DNA of 37,438 nucleotides from Diploschistes diacapsis (taxonomy: Eukaryota), in the NCBI GenBank assembly GCA_023645945.1, contig JALAIB010000063.1:1-37438 (forward strand). Direction: 5' to 3'. Numbering within the stretch: position 1 is the stretch's first letter; each line of letters opens with the position of its first letter. The notes beneath the pieces are model-generated. The model was given only the letters and a program-made list of their open reading frames with translations. It did no database searches and was not told the DNA's origin. The translations under genes and the position numbers were made by a program. Shown here piece after piece: positions 1-10,600 of this stretch.

Positions 1-26
1 CCCCCCCCCCCCCCCCCCCCCCCCCC
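1..26. repeat. Poly-C homopolymer (at least 26 nt; poly-G on the ABC transporter sense strand), probably intronic or at a contig edge
   Basis: 26 consecutive C at the window start, directly after the last readable ABC exon (...LPVAVAL) and a possible GT donor at 33-32 or 29-28 on the minus strand. Confidence 0.85.
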
Positions 27-33
27 AACCGAC

Positions 34-1476
34 AGAGGGCAACGGCAACAGGTAGTGCGCATGCCGCTCCAAGTTGTCTTTCCAGTAGGTAGATGGCAAG
101 TCCGACCTCAATAGCATTTGCCCAGATCTCATTCATACTCTGCCAGCCGTTCGTAATTCTCTCAATGTCGGCGCTCATCAACGTCAGAGACGCAGCAGGG
201 TTGACAGCAGAAACGCTCAAATCACTTGTCTTACTGTAGAGCATTGAGATGAGGCCACCCCTGGCCATTGTGATGGCTCTGAACGTCAGATGTTGATATT
301 GACTAGTGGAGACCTAATAGGAACAACATTAGTAAAACTCTGGGTCAACCCGATTGACGACGTAGGCGCTCGTACCGCTATTCCCGTATACACCAACAGA
401 TAGGCCCCGATCAGTCCGTACCCGGTGTTGGTCGACTGGTCAGTAACCGGGGCCAGGGAAAGCGCGATGGCATTGTTGATCAAGAATGGCTGGGCGAAGT
501 TGCAACCTAAGAGGCACAAACGTGGAAGAGCGATGGAGATCAACGGCCATCTGAAAGTCTTGAAGGAAGCAAACAGCAGGGAATTGGGACCTTTGTTCGT
601 CACTATGCATCAAACAGATTTCATGTCAGCCCAACGGTTTGGAATAAAGTCGGATGGAAGATTACCCTTGGTCCACGCGGACTGTAACACATGCTCAAGG
701 TACTCGGACGACAGGTGCTTGTCCAAGATGTGAAGATCGTCCACCGCGAGCTGGCCCGAGAATCCCCGTCGGAAGAGACCATTGAGCCATAAGAAAAAGA
801 GCCTGTTGAAGATTCCGGCTGTAGCTTCGGGAGAGGAGATGGCGGCATATTTTGGCAGTAGTATTGTGCCTTTTTCCACGCTTTCTACGACAAGTAGGGC
901 GAGCTTGAAAAGCACCGAAACTGTGACAAGGATTGCAATGGAGCGATTGTACTGCTGCAGCCAGAGGGTCCGCGCCTGAACTATATCGAAAAGCAAAGTC
1001 GAAAATAGGTAGACGCCTAATAAGGTTGATGGTCGGACAGCGCGATCATGTTCGGCATACGAAAGCGCGGGCAGAATCAAGCAAAGGATGAAGCTCAAGA
1101 CTGCTGTAGGCAGGGAGGCGCTTGTGCGAACTGCTGAAGGACCGGCCCAGAGAACAAGAAGAGCAAGTTGCAGTGCTCCAAAGACGGCATAGGTACACTT
1201 GAAAGCTCGTTATCAGCAAACTATCTTGTCGACCACTTCGAAGCCTTGGGGCATTTAACTCACAAGCTTGATAATTGCGAGAGAGCACCGGATCACCTTG
1301 GTCTCCTTTCCCAGCAGATAATACAACCGGCCAGGGGCGGCGATCAAGAGCAAGACGAGCGGAAGCAAGGTCAAGATGGTTTCCTCGAAGTAGAGAGTGA
1401 AGTCAAAACCTCCCCGACAGTCTCCAGCCCAAGGTCCGAAAGTGTTGTCGATACTGGCACAGATATTCGAAGCCAT
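34..1476 (-). CDS. ABCC/MRP-family ABC transporter, 5' part only (TMD0 and start of TMD1); continues beyond the left edge. Exons 1476-1264, 1197-666, 602-376, 313-~34
   Basis: Spliced translation MASNICASIDNTFGPWAGDCRGGFDFTLYFEETIL...SYAEHDRAVRPSTLL...SPEATAGIFNRLFFLWLNGLFRRGF...PRLCLLGCNFAQPFLI...TLMSADIERI...IYLLERQLG matches the typical fungal ABCC N-terminus. Introns 1263-1198 (GTGAGT..AAG), 665-603 (GTAATC..GCTGAC..TAG) and 375-314 (GTACGA..CTAAT..TAG) keep the frame. An alternative in-frame ATG lies at 1497. Confidence 0.93.
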
Positions 1477-1679
1477 CGTGCTCCAATTTTCCGGCATCTG
1501 TCGTGTCAAGGACCACGATTCTCTCTGTATATCACCCAAGTCAAAGCTTCTCACATTTATTCACCAGCAGCATTGTCAAGGAGCAACGCGATAGCATCTC
1601 GCAAGTATCACACGCTGCAAGTTGCAACTGAGTGAAAACAGTTAGAAACACGTTTGCCCAGGTATTCGTCATCAGTTTC

Positions 1680-1713
1680 CATGCCTCATGCCTCTGGATC
1701 ATGCCTCATGCCT
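1680..1713. repeat. Short direct repeat: CATGCCTCATGCCT twice (four CATGCCT units)
   Basis: catgcctcatgcct at 1680-1693 and 1700-1713. Confidence 0.8.
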
Positions 1714-2227
1714 TCTGCCTACTCTGTACAGTAAGCGGTAACGTCAAAAGCCTTTCTCCACGCTACGCCACGGACAGTTAGCCACCCTTGCAGAGAGCTT
1801 GAGGTGAGATTTCCGGATTTCCAAGCGTACGGGGGTTGCAGTTTCTCGTAAGACAAAGTCCGCTAGATGGGGATGGATGGCTACTAGCCAGCCAGCAAGC
1901 AAAAGTGCACGTGGATGGGAACGAGGCAGAACACAGAACAGGGCTGGTGGTGGAGACACGGGCTTGCGGCGGACGCTAGGCACTTGGAAGAAGTCAAAGA
2001 TCAACAGGTGCAAGGCGGGATTCATCTACCAGCCAAAGCCGAGATAGTGGTGGGTAGTAGAAAGTAGAAGGGCCAAATGGAATATGGAAATGTATTAGGC
2101 AAAGGAACTGGTCAAAGGAACCGACGCCCCCCCAATTTACGGTCTCGGCATCTCCCAAAGTTCGTTTCCAACTTGCAACTTCCAGCCGCTTTGGCGCTGT
2201 AATACTAGCTGTAAAATTGAGTATTGC

Positions 2228-2290
2228 GTATGCATAGTATGCATAGTATGCATAGTATACATATTGTACATAAGATACATACAGTATATA
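2228..2290. repeat. 9-bp minisatellite (GTATGCATA)x3 followed by about 4 degenerate copies
   Basis: gtatgcata gtatgcata gtatgcata gtatacata ttgtacata agatacata cagtatata read directly. Confidence 0.85.
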
Positions 2291-2870
2291 TAGCATAGTG
2301 TGCCGTAATGTATACATGGGCTGTTTTGCCAAGATTTGCTCCCCCCCCCAACCCCACCATCAATGAAAAGATGAATCATATTATGTAATCCATCGTATTA
2401 TATAATTCCAACACCGACGCGAGCTAGATTCCCGCTCGCCCCACCAGGGCGGTGGATCATAGCCGATTCCATTAGTACCCTGGGCTTGGAATCGGGCTTA
2501 CAGTAATAGAAGTGTCTCTCTGGGGCGGTCGACCAACAGCTGTGGGTGCTACAGAAAACGGCAAAGCCAAAACAGTGACAAGCCACGGCTTGCGAGGACC
2601 CCCATATACGTAATCTGTAGAGCTGGAAGTGAGAAGGCTGTGGGATATGATGGTAGATGGCTGAATCCACGGATATAAAAAGTCTACTTGATTTGCACCA
2701 AAATGAGTGGAACTCGAGTTTGTCTCGGATGTGGCTTGCGGCAAGAAGCCGCGGTACAGCTGAACATCCTAGTAAGGAGTAAGGGTGAGTGAGAATGGGT
2801 AAGAGGTACAGAGCAAGTAAAAGGAGCAGCTACGCGGGGATAGCGGAGATACTACTTCAAAGTAGCTACG

Positions 2871-2890
2871 CTAAGCTAAGCTAAGCTAAG
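2871..2890. repeat. (CTAAG)4 microsatellite
   Basis: ctaagctaagctaagctaag. Confidence 0.9.
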
Positions 2891-3950
2891 CGTCGTGGAT
2901 AGTATAGTTAACTAGTAGCGCTTACATAATCTTCCATTTTAACCACCACAACCTCTCTTTGCATATCACATCATCCATCATGAAGCAGCCTACCACCTCA
3001 CGCCCACCCACGCCCCTGATGGCTTTCCCACTCTTGCTCTTCTTTGCCAGGCCTTCGAAGGCAATACTTCCGTGTTTGATATCGCCTTAATCATGTTGTA
3101 CTCACATGTCTCAAAGTCCATCACCATGGCTTACCGCTGTTAGGACCGGCCCTGGATCCGCATGTGGTGGTCATGGATCCTGCCTTGAAAACTTATACGG
3201 GTTACGGAATCGTACTTACGACTACTACTGCTGATGACTTAAGAATAAGGCAGTAATTACAGGTTGCATTCTTCCCGGCTAAAACTTGGGCATGGGCTCG
3301 GCCGCGATTCTTCCATCCCTGAACTGCTAACGATCAAAAGCAGCGGCGGATACTAGTAACTGCTACTTGACTTGCGGCGCTGGGACTTCACGTGGGAGAT
3401 CGGCAAGCGTGCATCCCGAGTATTTCGAACATCCACCCCAGCACCACATGGGGTTTCATTTTCATCACGATGATGACAAGGCCGTAAGGCAGCGACGAAT
3501 GATCCGCCATTCTCACTTCTAAAGCATTCATGACTCGGATGGTGGGAGAAAGTTACGGAGGACTAGCGAGTACATTAAGCTCGCGCTTGCGCTGGAAAAA
3601 GAGTTCATGACCTGATTGGCTTTCATCCTGCTACTAGTACGAGTCGCCCTCCGCGGGTAATTGATCTGCCTCTTCATGTTCTATTTTTGAGTAACGTCGA
3701 GCTTTTCGGTCATCAAGGACATCATCTCCTTTTATCGAAACCTTTACTTACAGCAGGCTAGCACGGCCAGCCACTCCAGTCTACAGTCTACAGAGCATCG
3801 CAGCCGATCATCCGGTTTTGCTTGACGGTTCAGCAATTCCAGGCGAGCCGCCACATCTTGACAGTATTATTCGGAGCACGCAACATCTCCTGGCTTGCAT
3901 TCGTGATGCTCGGCATTACTTGTCATCCTTTCTCTTTGTCTCCCTGCCCT

Positions 3951-3964
3951 GTGTGTGTGTGTGT
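3951..3964. repeat. (GT)7 microsatellite
   Basis: gtgtgtgtgtgtgt. Confidence 0.9.
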
Positions 3965-4623
3965 CCCTCCGGCCTGCCAAGCCACTTCTTGTGGCGTTTT
4001 TGGCAGGCTTGTGTGCTTGGGCTTCGAATCTGGATTGGTAGATGCGAAGGGATGCCCCTTTCGAGGCCAAGCGGTATGTTCCGCAGAGGCCGGTAACTAA
4101 TTCCCAGATTGCGAGCCTTGTTGCTGCCCTAAGACACATGGGTTCTCGAAAGGCTCGAACCTTTCTGCTAGCCCTCCATCCTACCTACCCATTGACCGGT
4201 TCTCGACTCCACGTCTTTGCATCCTGCTCCCTGTCCCATGCCCTCCCCTCGCTAGTGGCTCGAGCTGCAATGCATGCAGGTATGGCGTTAGCTATGGGAC
4301 CCTACCTGGCTCTGGGGAGGTCTCAGAAAATAATACCAAGGTAAGCATAGCTTTTCAATTGACGAAACTTGATCTTGGATTCTTGATTCTCATCTTCAAG
4401 GAAAGCTCCTTTACCGTACTGCTTGCGTGCCTCTTCACCTCCTGCCGTAGAATATCCTTCCTCTTTCCATGAGAATATCCTCGTCCAATGCCATATGCTT
4501 TGGGTTCATTCTAGAAAGAAACCTGCCTGCATCATTCGATTAGTCGAAAGCCCTCTTGTTCCATAGCTACCGCACATCCTGCTTTGTACAAAACACCAAC
4601 TCAACTTCTTGAAATCTATCACC

Positions 4624-7600
4624 ATGGCTGGCTTGACTGGAGCACAAGTCGCAAAAGCTACCAACTACTGGAATGCTTACTTGAACGACGTGGAGCGTTG
4701 CCATTTCCCCAAGTATGATAGTGAAGTCCGGGATGGAGAGGAGAAGTCCCTCTTCCTGGATGTGGATGTTCAATGTCTTGAAGAGCTGCAGCAGAGGGCG
4801 GCGAAGGATCCTGCATTCCTTCCCAGCATGCTACGCGCGGCTTGGTCCATTCTTCTCCATTGTTACACGGGGCTCGACGAGGTCTGTTTTGGGTATGGAG
4901 AGGTCGCAGGCGACAGCCAGATCCCGCTCGGGGTAGCCATCTCGGCTCTGGCTGATGCGAAGTTGACGCGACACAAGCTGGACGGAGAGCTTGCCTTGAA
5001 AGTTGTGGTAGAGCATGCGAAGAAGGACTACCAGGACGGAGAAACGTACGGAAGGGCTGCTATCGATAACGCTTTAGTAAAGTCACTTCACGCCTCCAAG
5101 AAGAATCTGTGCAACACGGCGATGTTGATGTGGAAGGCCTCTGGTACCCGCTCGCTCGGTACAGGCACCGGTGTCCTCTCTCAAAGTACGACTGTTGGGG
5201 ACGTATCCGGAGTAAGTGTCGAGAACTGCAGTGCCACCATTTGTCTCTAACGGGAGGTGTGCAGATCCAAATAGTGATTCATTTTGGCAGTTCTCGGAGC
5301 GATCCGCAGGTCTGCCTGGAATGGAGAAACTGTTGCATGTCCTTTGAACAAGCCAAGAGTGTTTCAGCTACTTTTGGCAAGGTTTTGGACCAACTATTAT
5401 TCGATCCGGACATGAAGTTGATCGATCTGAACTGGTTCAGTGAGCACGATATGCGGAAGGTGCTCGCTTGGAACTCGAACGAGCTATCGAAGGTGGACAA
5501 GTGCATCGACGATGTTTTTGAGGAGCAAGCGCTGCTTCGTCCGGACGCCGAGGCAGTATGCTCCTGGGATGGCAGCCTCAGCTATTCCGACCTCTCGGCT
5601 CTTTCTTGCAAATTGGCGGGTTACTTGGAAGAGCTTGACGTTGGCCCGGAAACTTTTGTCCCCGTCTGTTTTGACAAGTCGAAGTACTACATTGTGGCCT
5701 GCATGGCAGTCTTGAAGGCAGGCGGAGCATTTGTACCGCTCGATCCCCAATTTCCCAAGGCGCGCTTGCAATCGTTGGCGCAAAAAATTAATGGTAAAGT
5801 CCTCTTATGCTCACCGCAACACGCGACGATGCTGGAGTCCGTGGCGGACAGAATCATCCCGGTCGATCACGATCTCCTCCGGGACCTGCGGGAATCGCCG
5901 GCCAATCGTAAGTCTCGGTCGGCTCCTGACAACAAGGCTTATATGATTTTCACGTCTGGCACCACCGGCGAGCCCAAGGGCGCAGTGATCGAACATGGAG
6001 CTTTGCTGTCGAGCGCCCGAGCCCATGGTCCAGCCATGCTTATGGACTCTGAAACCCGATCTCTGCAATTCGCTGCGTCGACCTTCGACGTGAGCATTAC
6101 CGAGATCCTCACTACCCTCACCCTAGGCGGATGTGTTTGCGTGCCCAGTGAACACGCTCGACTCAACAAGATCGAAGAGGCCATTAACTCCATGAGGGTG
6201 AACTGGGCGTTGCTCACCCCCACCTTCGTTAAGTTTATTGACCCTGCCGATGTGCCTGGCTTTCGAACTCTCGTCACTGGCGGCGAGGCAATGACGCAGG
6301 CGATTATCCGGTCTTGGTCCCATAGGAACTTGGTAAACTGCTACGGCCCGGCAGAGACTTCTGTTGTGAGCCACGTCAATCCGTTCATGAACGAGGGAAA
6401 GAATCCGCTCTGCATCGGACGCCAAGTCGGCGTCCGATGTTGGGTGGTCGATCGATACAACCACGATCGGCTCATGCCTGTGGGCAGCGTTGGCGAGCTC
6501 CTCATCGAAGGATACACACTTGCCAGGGAGTATTACAGGGAAGAGGAGAAGACGGCCCAGGCCTTCATCTGCGATCCTCTGTGGACCAAGAGTCAACGGC
6601 CCGATCCGAACCGCAAGCGCAGAAGGATGTACAAGACCGGTGACCTGGTCAGGCACAACCTGGACGGAACCCTCCACATTGCCGGGCGAAAAGATACTCA
6701 GGTTAAGTTTCACGGCCAGCGCATTGAAATGGGCGAGATTGAGCATCACATCAATCTCGACCGGAACATCAAGCATGGAATGGTCGTGTTACCAAAGGCC
6801 GGTTTCTGCCAAGGCCGCTTGGTGACCATGATACAATTGGCCGACGGAGACAATCAGGACCTGGTGCGGAACGGGCAGGCCTTCAAGTTCCTCGACGACG
6901 GGTTGAAGAAGATCGCCGAAGAGCACACTGCCGGTACCCGAGAGATGCTCTCCAAGCGATTGCCACCGTATATGGTGCCGTCAATGTGGCTGGTCGTAGA
7001 GTTCATCCCTCGGCTGCAATCCGGAAAACTTGACCGCAAGAGAGTAGCAAGGTGGATTGAAGATATGGGCGAGGATCTCTATCGCCAACTCAATCCTGCC
7101 TCCGAAGCCGCTGCAGGATCCACGGAGCCGGTCAACGAAACGGAGCGGGAGCTGCAGGCAGCTTGGGCGCACGTTCTGAACTTGAATCTGGACCAAGTCG
7201 GTCTCCAACAGTCCTTTTTGAGCTTGGGCGGCGATTCGATATCTGCCATGCAGGTCATGGGAAACTGCCGCAAAAGGGGGATAGGCTTGACCGTGCATGA
7301 GATTCTGCGCAGCAAATCAATTTCGCACTTGTCGCTGCTCGCAAAAACCATTCAGACTGCATCACACTTCGAAGAGACCGTTGACCAACCCTTTGCTCTT
7401 TCTCCCATTCAGCGCCTGTACTTTGCCAGATCTGGGCACGCAGACGGCCATTACAACCAAAGCTTCTTGTTACGCGCAAACCTCGGAATCCAGGAAACTG
7501 ACTTGCGCAAAGCACTCGAACTCGTTATACAGCGGCATTCCATGCTGCGTGCTCGCTTCTCCCGAAACGAGGTGAGCGGGGAGTGGCAACAACGTGTCAC

Positions 7601-10600
7601 CAACGAGATCGCCTCTTCCTATCGGCTTCGCAGTCTCACGGTGAATAATCGGAGTGCGGTTGATTCAAAGGTTGCCCAAAGTCAGACTTGTCTCAACGAA
7701 CTGACGGGCCCTATGCTCGCGGCGGACCTCATCGACGTCAATGGCGAAGAGCAGTTGCTCTTCGTTGTCGGGCATCATCTGATCATTGACCTGGTATCCT
7801 GGCGTGTTATACTTCAGGATGTCGAAGAGCTTCTACTTGACCCGAATGCTTCGCTGGAAAAGCCAATGCCCTTCCAAACCTGGTGTCGCCTGCAAGAGGA
7901 ACATTGCCGATCTCTGACTCCCGCCCAGGCCCTCCCTCTTGAGGATATTCCTTCCGGTGACGCCGAATATTGGGGAATGCAAGACCAACGACATACGTAC
8001 GGAAACATGATCAACGAAGGCTTCGAAATCGACTCAAGCATTACTTCTCTCCTGCTGACAAAATGCCATGATGCACTTCGTACCGACATTCCTGACATTT
8101 TGATCGCAGCGTTGATCTACTCATTTGCTCACACATTTCAGGATCGGCCCCCACCTCCTATCTTCGCAGAAGGTCATGGACGTGAGTCGTGGGACCCGGC
8201 CGTCGACCTTTCACGGACCGTAGGGTGGTTCACGACAATCTATCCGGTGTATGTCTCTGCTGCACGTCTTTCCGAAACGTTGGTCAATATTGTTCGCTAT
8301 GTCAAAGACAATCGACGAAAGATTCCCGGCAAAGGAAGGCCGTACTTCGCCAGCAGATGGCTTACGGCCGAAGGACAGGAAGCTTTCGGACGCCATTGGC
8401 CGTTAGAAGTGACGTTCAACTACCTTGGTCAATATCAACAATTGGAGCGCAAGGATGCTCTACTGACTCCAGCCGCGGGTATTGCTGGTGAGACGAGAGG
8501 TGCAGGAGGCGCTGCAGATGTCGGCCCCGGTGCACCGTGCATTTCCTTCTTCGAAATCTCCGCCGTTATCTTGCAAGGAGCCCTGCGTTTCTCCTTCACC
8601 TTCAACAAGAACATGAGCCATCAGCAGTCCATCCGCCGTTGGATCTCCACTTGCAGGGACGCCATATGTGCTGCTGCAGAGGAGCTGTCACAGAGACCTC
8701 CGGAGACTACACTTAGCGACTTCCCGCTCTTACCTCTTACCTATGGAGGCTTGGAGGATATGAAGTCTGAGAAACTCCCCCGTGCCGGTGTACCATCACT
8801 GGACCTTGTTGAGGACGTATACCCTTGTTCACCGATGCAGGAAGGACTCCTTGTGAGCACCGTCAAGGACAGCCTTTTCTATGCCGCTTACACCCTTCAT
8901 GAAGTGAAGGCCAGAGGAAATGGCAAGGTCGATGCAAATAGACTGGCTCAGGCCTGGCAAACTATTGTCAACAGACACCCCATGCTCCGCACCATCTTTA
9001 TCGAAAGCGTAAGCGAGCGCGATGCACTCTATGATCAGGTTGTTCTAAAGAAGGTTGACGCCCATTCATTCATGTGCCAGGAGGCAACGGACGAAGAAGC
9101 TGTCCAGAATCTCTCGGGCCAGCAAATCGCTGACTATGATGATGGCACCAGACCGCTTCATCGGTTCACGATCTGCACAACTTCCTCCGGTAAAGTTTTC
9201 TGCAGATTGGAGATTAGCCACGTCGTCATGGATGGCACCTCTCTCTCAATCGTTTTCCGTGACTTGGCCCTTGCATATGAAGGGAAGATCGGCGACGGGC
9301 CCGGTCCCCTCTATAGCGATTACATTAAGTATCTGCTCGAGCAGCCCGTTCAGCCCGCAATCGAGCACTGGAGGTCTTATCTTACCAACGTGGAGCCTTG
9401 TCACTTTCCGGTGCTTAACGATGCATTCTCCGGCGGGTCATCTACCAAGGAACTGAAATGTGTGCGTGTTACGTTCGAGAAGCTCCATGAACTCCAAAAG
9501 CACTGTGACCAGGAGGGACTTACCTTTGCAAACGCCCTTCACACTGCATGGGCGTTAACGCTTCGATGCTACACCGACTCCGAGGAAGTTTGTTTCGGTT
9601 ATCTTACCTCGGCGCGCGATGGCCCTATCGAAGGTGCTCAAGATGGCGTTGGCCCGTATATCAATATGCTTGTATGCCGCGTCATCATGGAAGACTCGTT
9701 AACCTTGAAGGGCGTCATGTCACAAGTCCAGCAAGACTATCTCGATAGCCTGCCGTACCGCCACACTCCCTTGGCGGAAGTCCAGCATGCACTGCATTTG
9801 TCGAACGTCTCCCTGTTCAACACGGCTCTTTCTTACAGGAAGCTTCCTCCCGCACCAGATCAGGAGCCCTTGGTTTCATTCGTCGAAGTTGCTCCAACAT
9901 ATGACCCAGATGAGTACAATGTCTCGATAAACATTGAAGCGGGAGAAAACGAGATGGCCATTGATCTGGCTTACTGGACCGACTGCTTGTCTGACGGTCA
10001 GGCACAGAATGTAGCGAGCACCTTCACCCAATCGCTAACAAATATTCTGGACCATTCGAAGCGAGCAATCGGTCAACTGAACAACGTCAGCCAACTCAGT
10101 CACCAGCAGATCGAAAAGTGGAACGATTTGATGCCTGAAGTAGTCGATGACTGCGTTCACAATGTGTTCAAGGAGCAGGTAGCGCTACGGCCTCACGCAC
10201 CTGCGATCTGCGGCTGGGATGCTTGTTATACCTATGCAGAGCTTGATGCTGTATCTTCGAAACTTGCCCATCACCTCCGTCAGCTGGGGGTAGGCCCCGA
10301 GAGCTTTGTCCTCACCTGCTTTGAGAAATCCGCCTATGCAATCATCTCCATGCTGGCGGTTCTCAAAGCCGGTGGTGCCTGCGTGCCCTTGGATGCCAAG
10401 TTCCCCAGGAGCGCCTTGGAATTGCGGGCCAATGACACTGCAGCAAGAGTTATTCTGGCAGCGCCGCAGTGTGCCGAGACGGTGACCGGATTGGTCCCCG
10501 AGGTTCTCTTTATCGACGAGGGATTTTTGAGCCGGCTGCCGACTGCATCCCCTGAGCTTTCGACTTCGGTGCGGTCCCACAACGCTTGTTTCATTATCTT

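Larger units (their letters stand above)
1477..4623. promoter_or_regulatory. Divergent intergenic/promoter region shared by the ABC transporter and the NRPS (about 3.1 kb)
   Basis: Lies between head-to-head start codons (1476 minus, 4624 plus). It has no credible protein-coding ORF, several microsatellites, and CACGTG E-boxes at 1908-1913 and 3389-3394. Confidence 0.7.

Noticed and set aside
2228..2290. Repeat array as CRISPR-like or telomeric sequence
   Set aside because: No unique spacers, a eukaryotic context, and not a TTAGGG-type unit.
1994..2379. ORFs with YYAYYAYYA and MHTMHTMHT repeats (1994..2332 and 2137..2379)
   Set aside because: These are translations of the 9-bp minisatellite, with no signal peptide, Kex2-type repeat spacing or other RiPP-precursor evidence.
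3818..4344. Overlapping 90-100 aa ORFs in the ABC/NRPS intergenic region
   Set aside because: Mostly non-ATG starts, overlap a GT microsatellite, and show no recognisable domains.
1477..4623. Transposon relic or RIP-degraded element in the long intergenic region
   Set aside because: No terminal repeats, transposase or RT remnants, or extended strongly AT-rich tract could be seen by eye.
5109..5264. ORF-track start of the 7787-aa NRPS at 5109
   Set aside because: It is a GTG start, and the first 52 codons are out-of-frame exon 1 plus intron sequence. The spliced model from ATG 4624 gives coherent C-domain homology.
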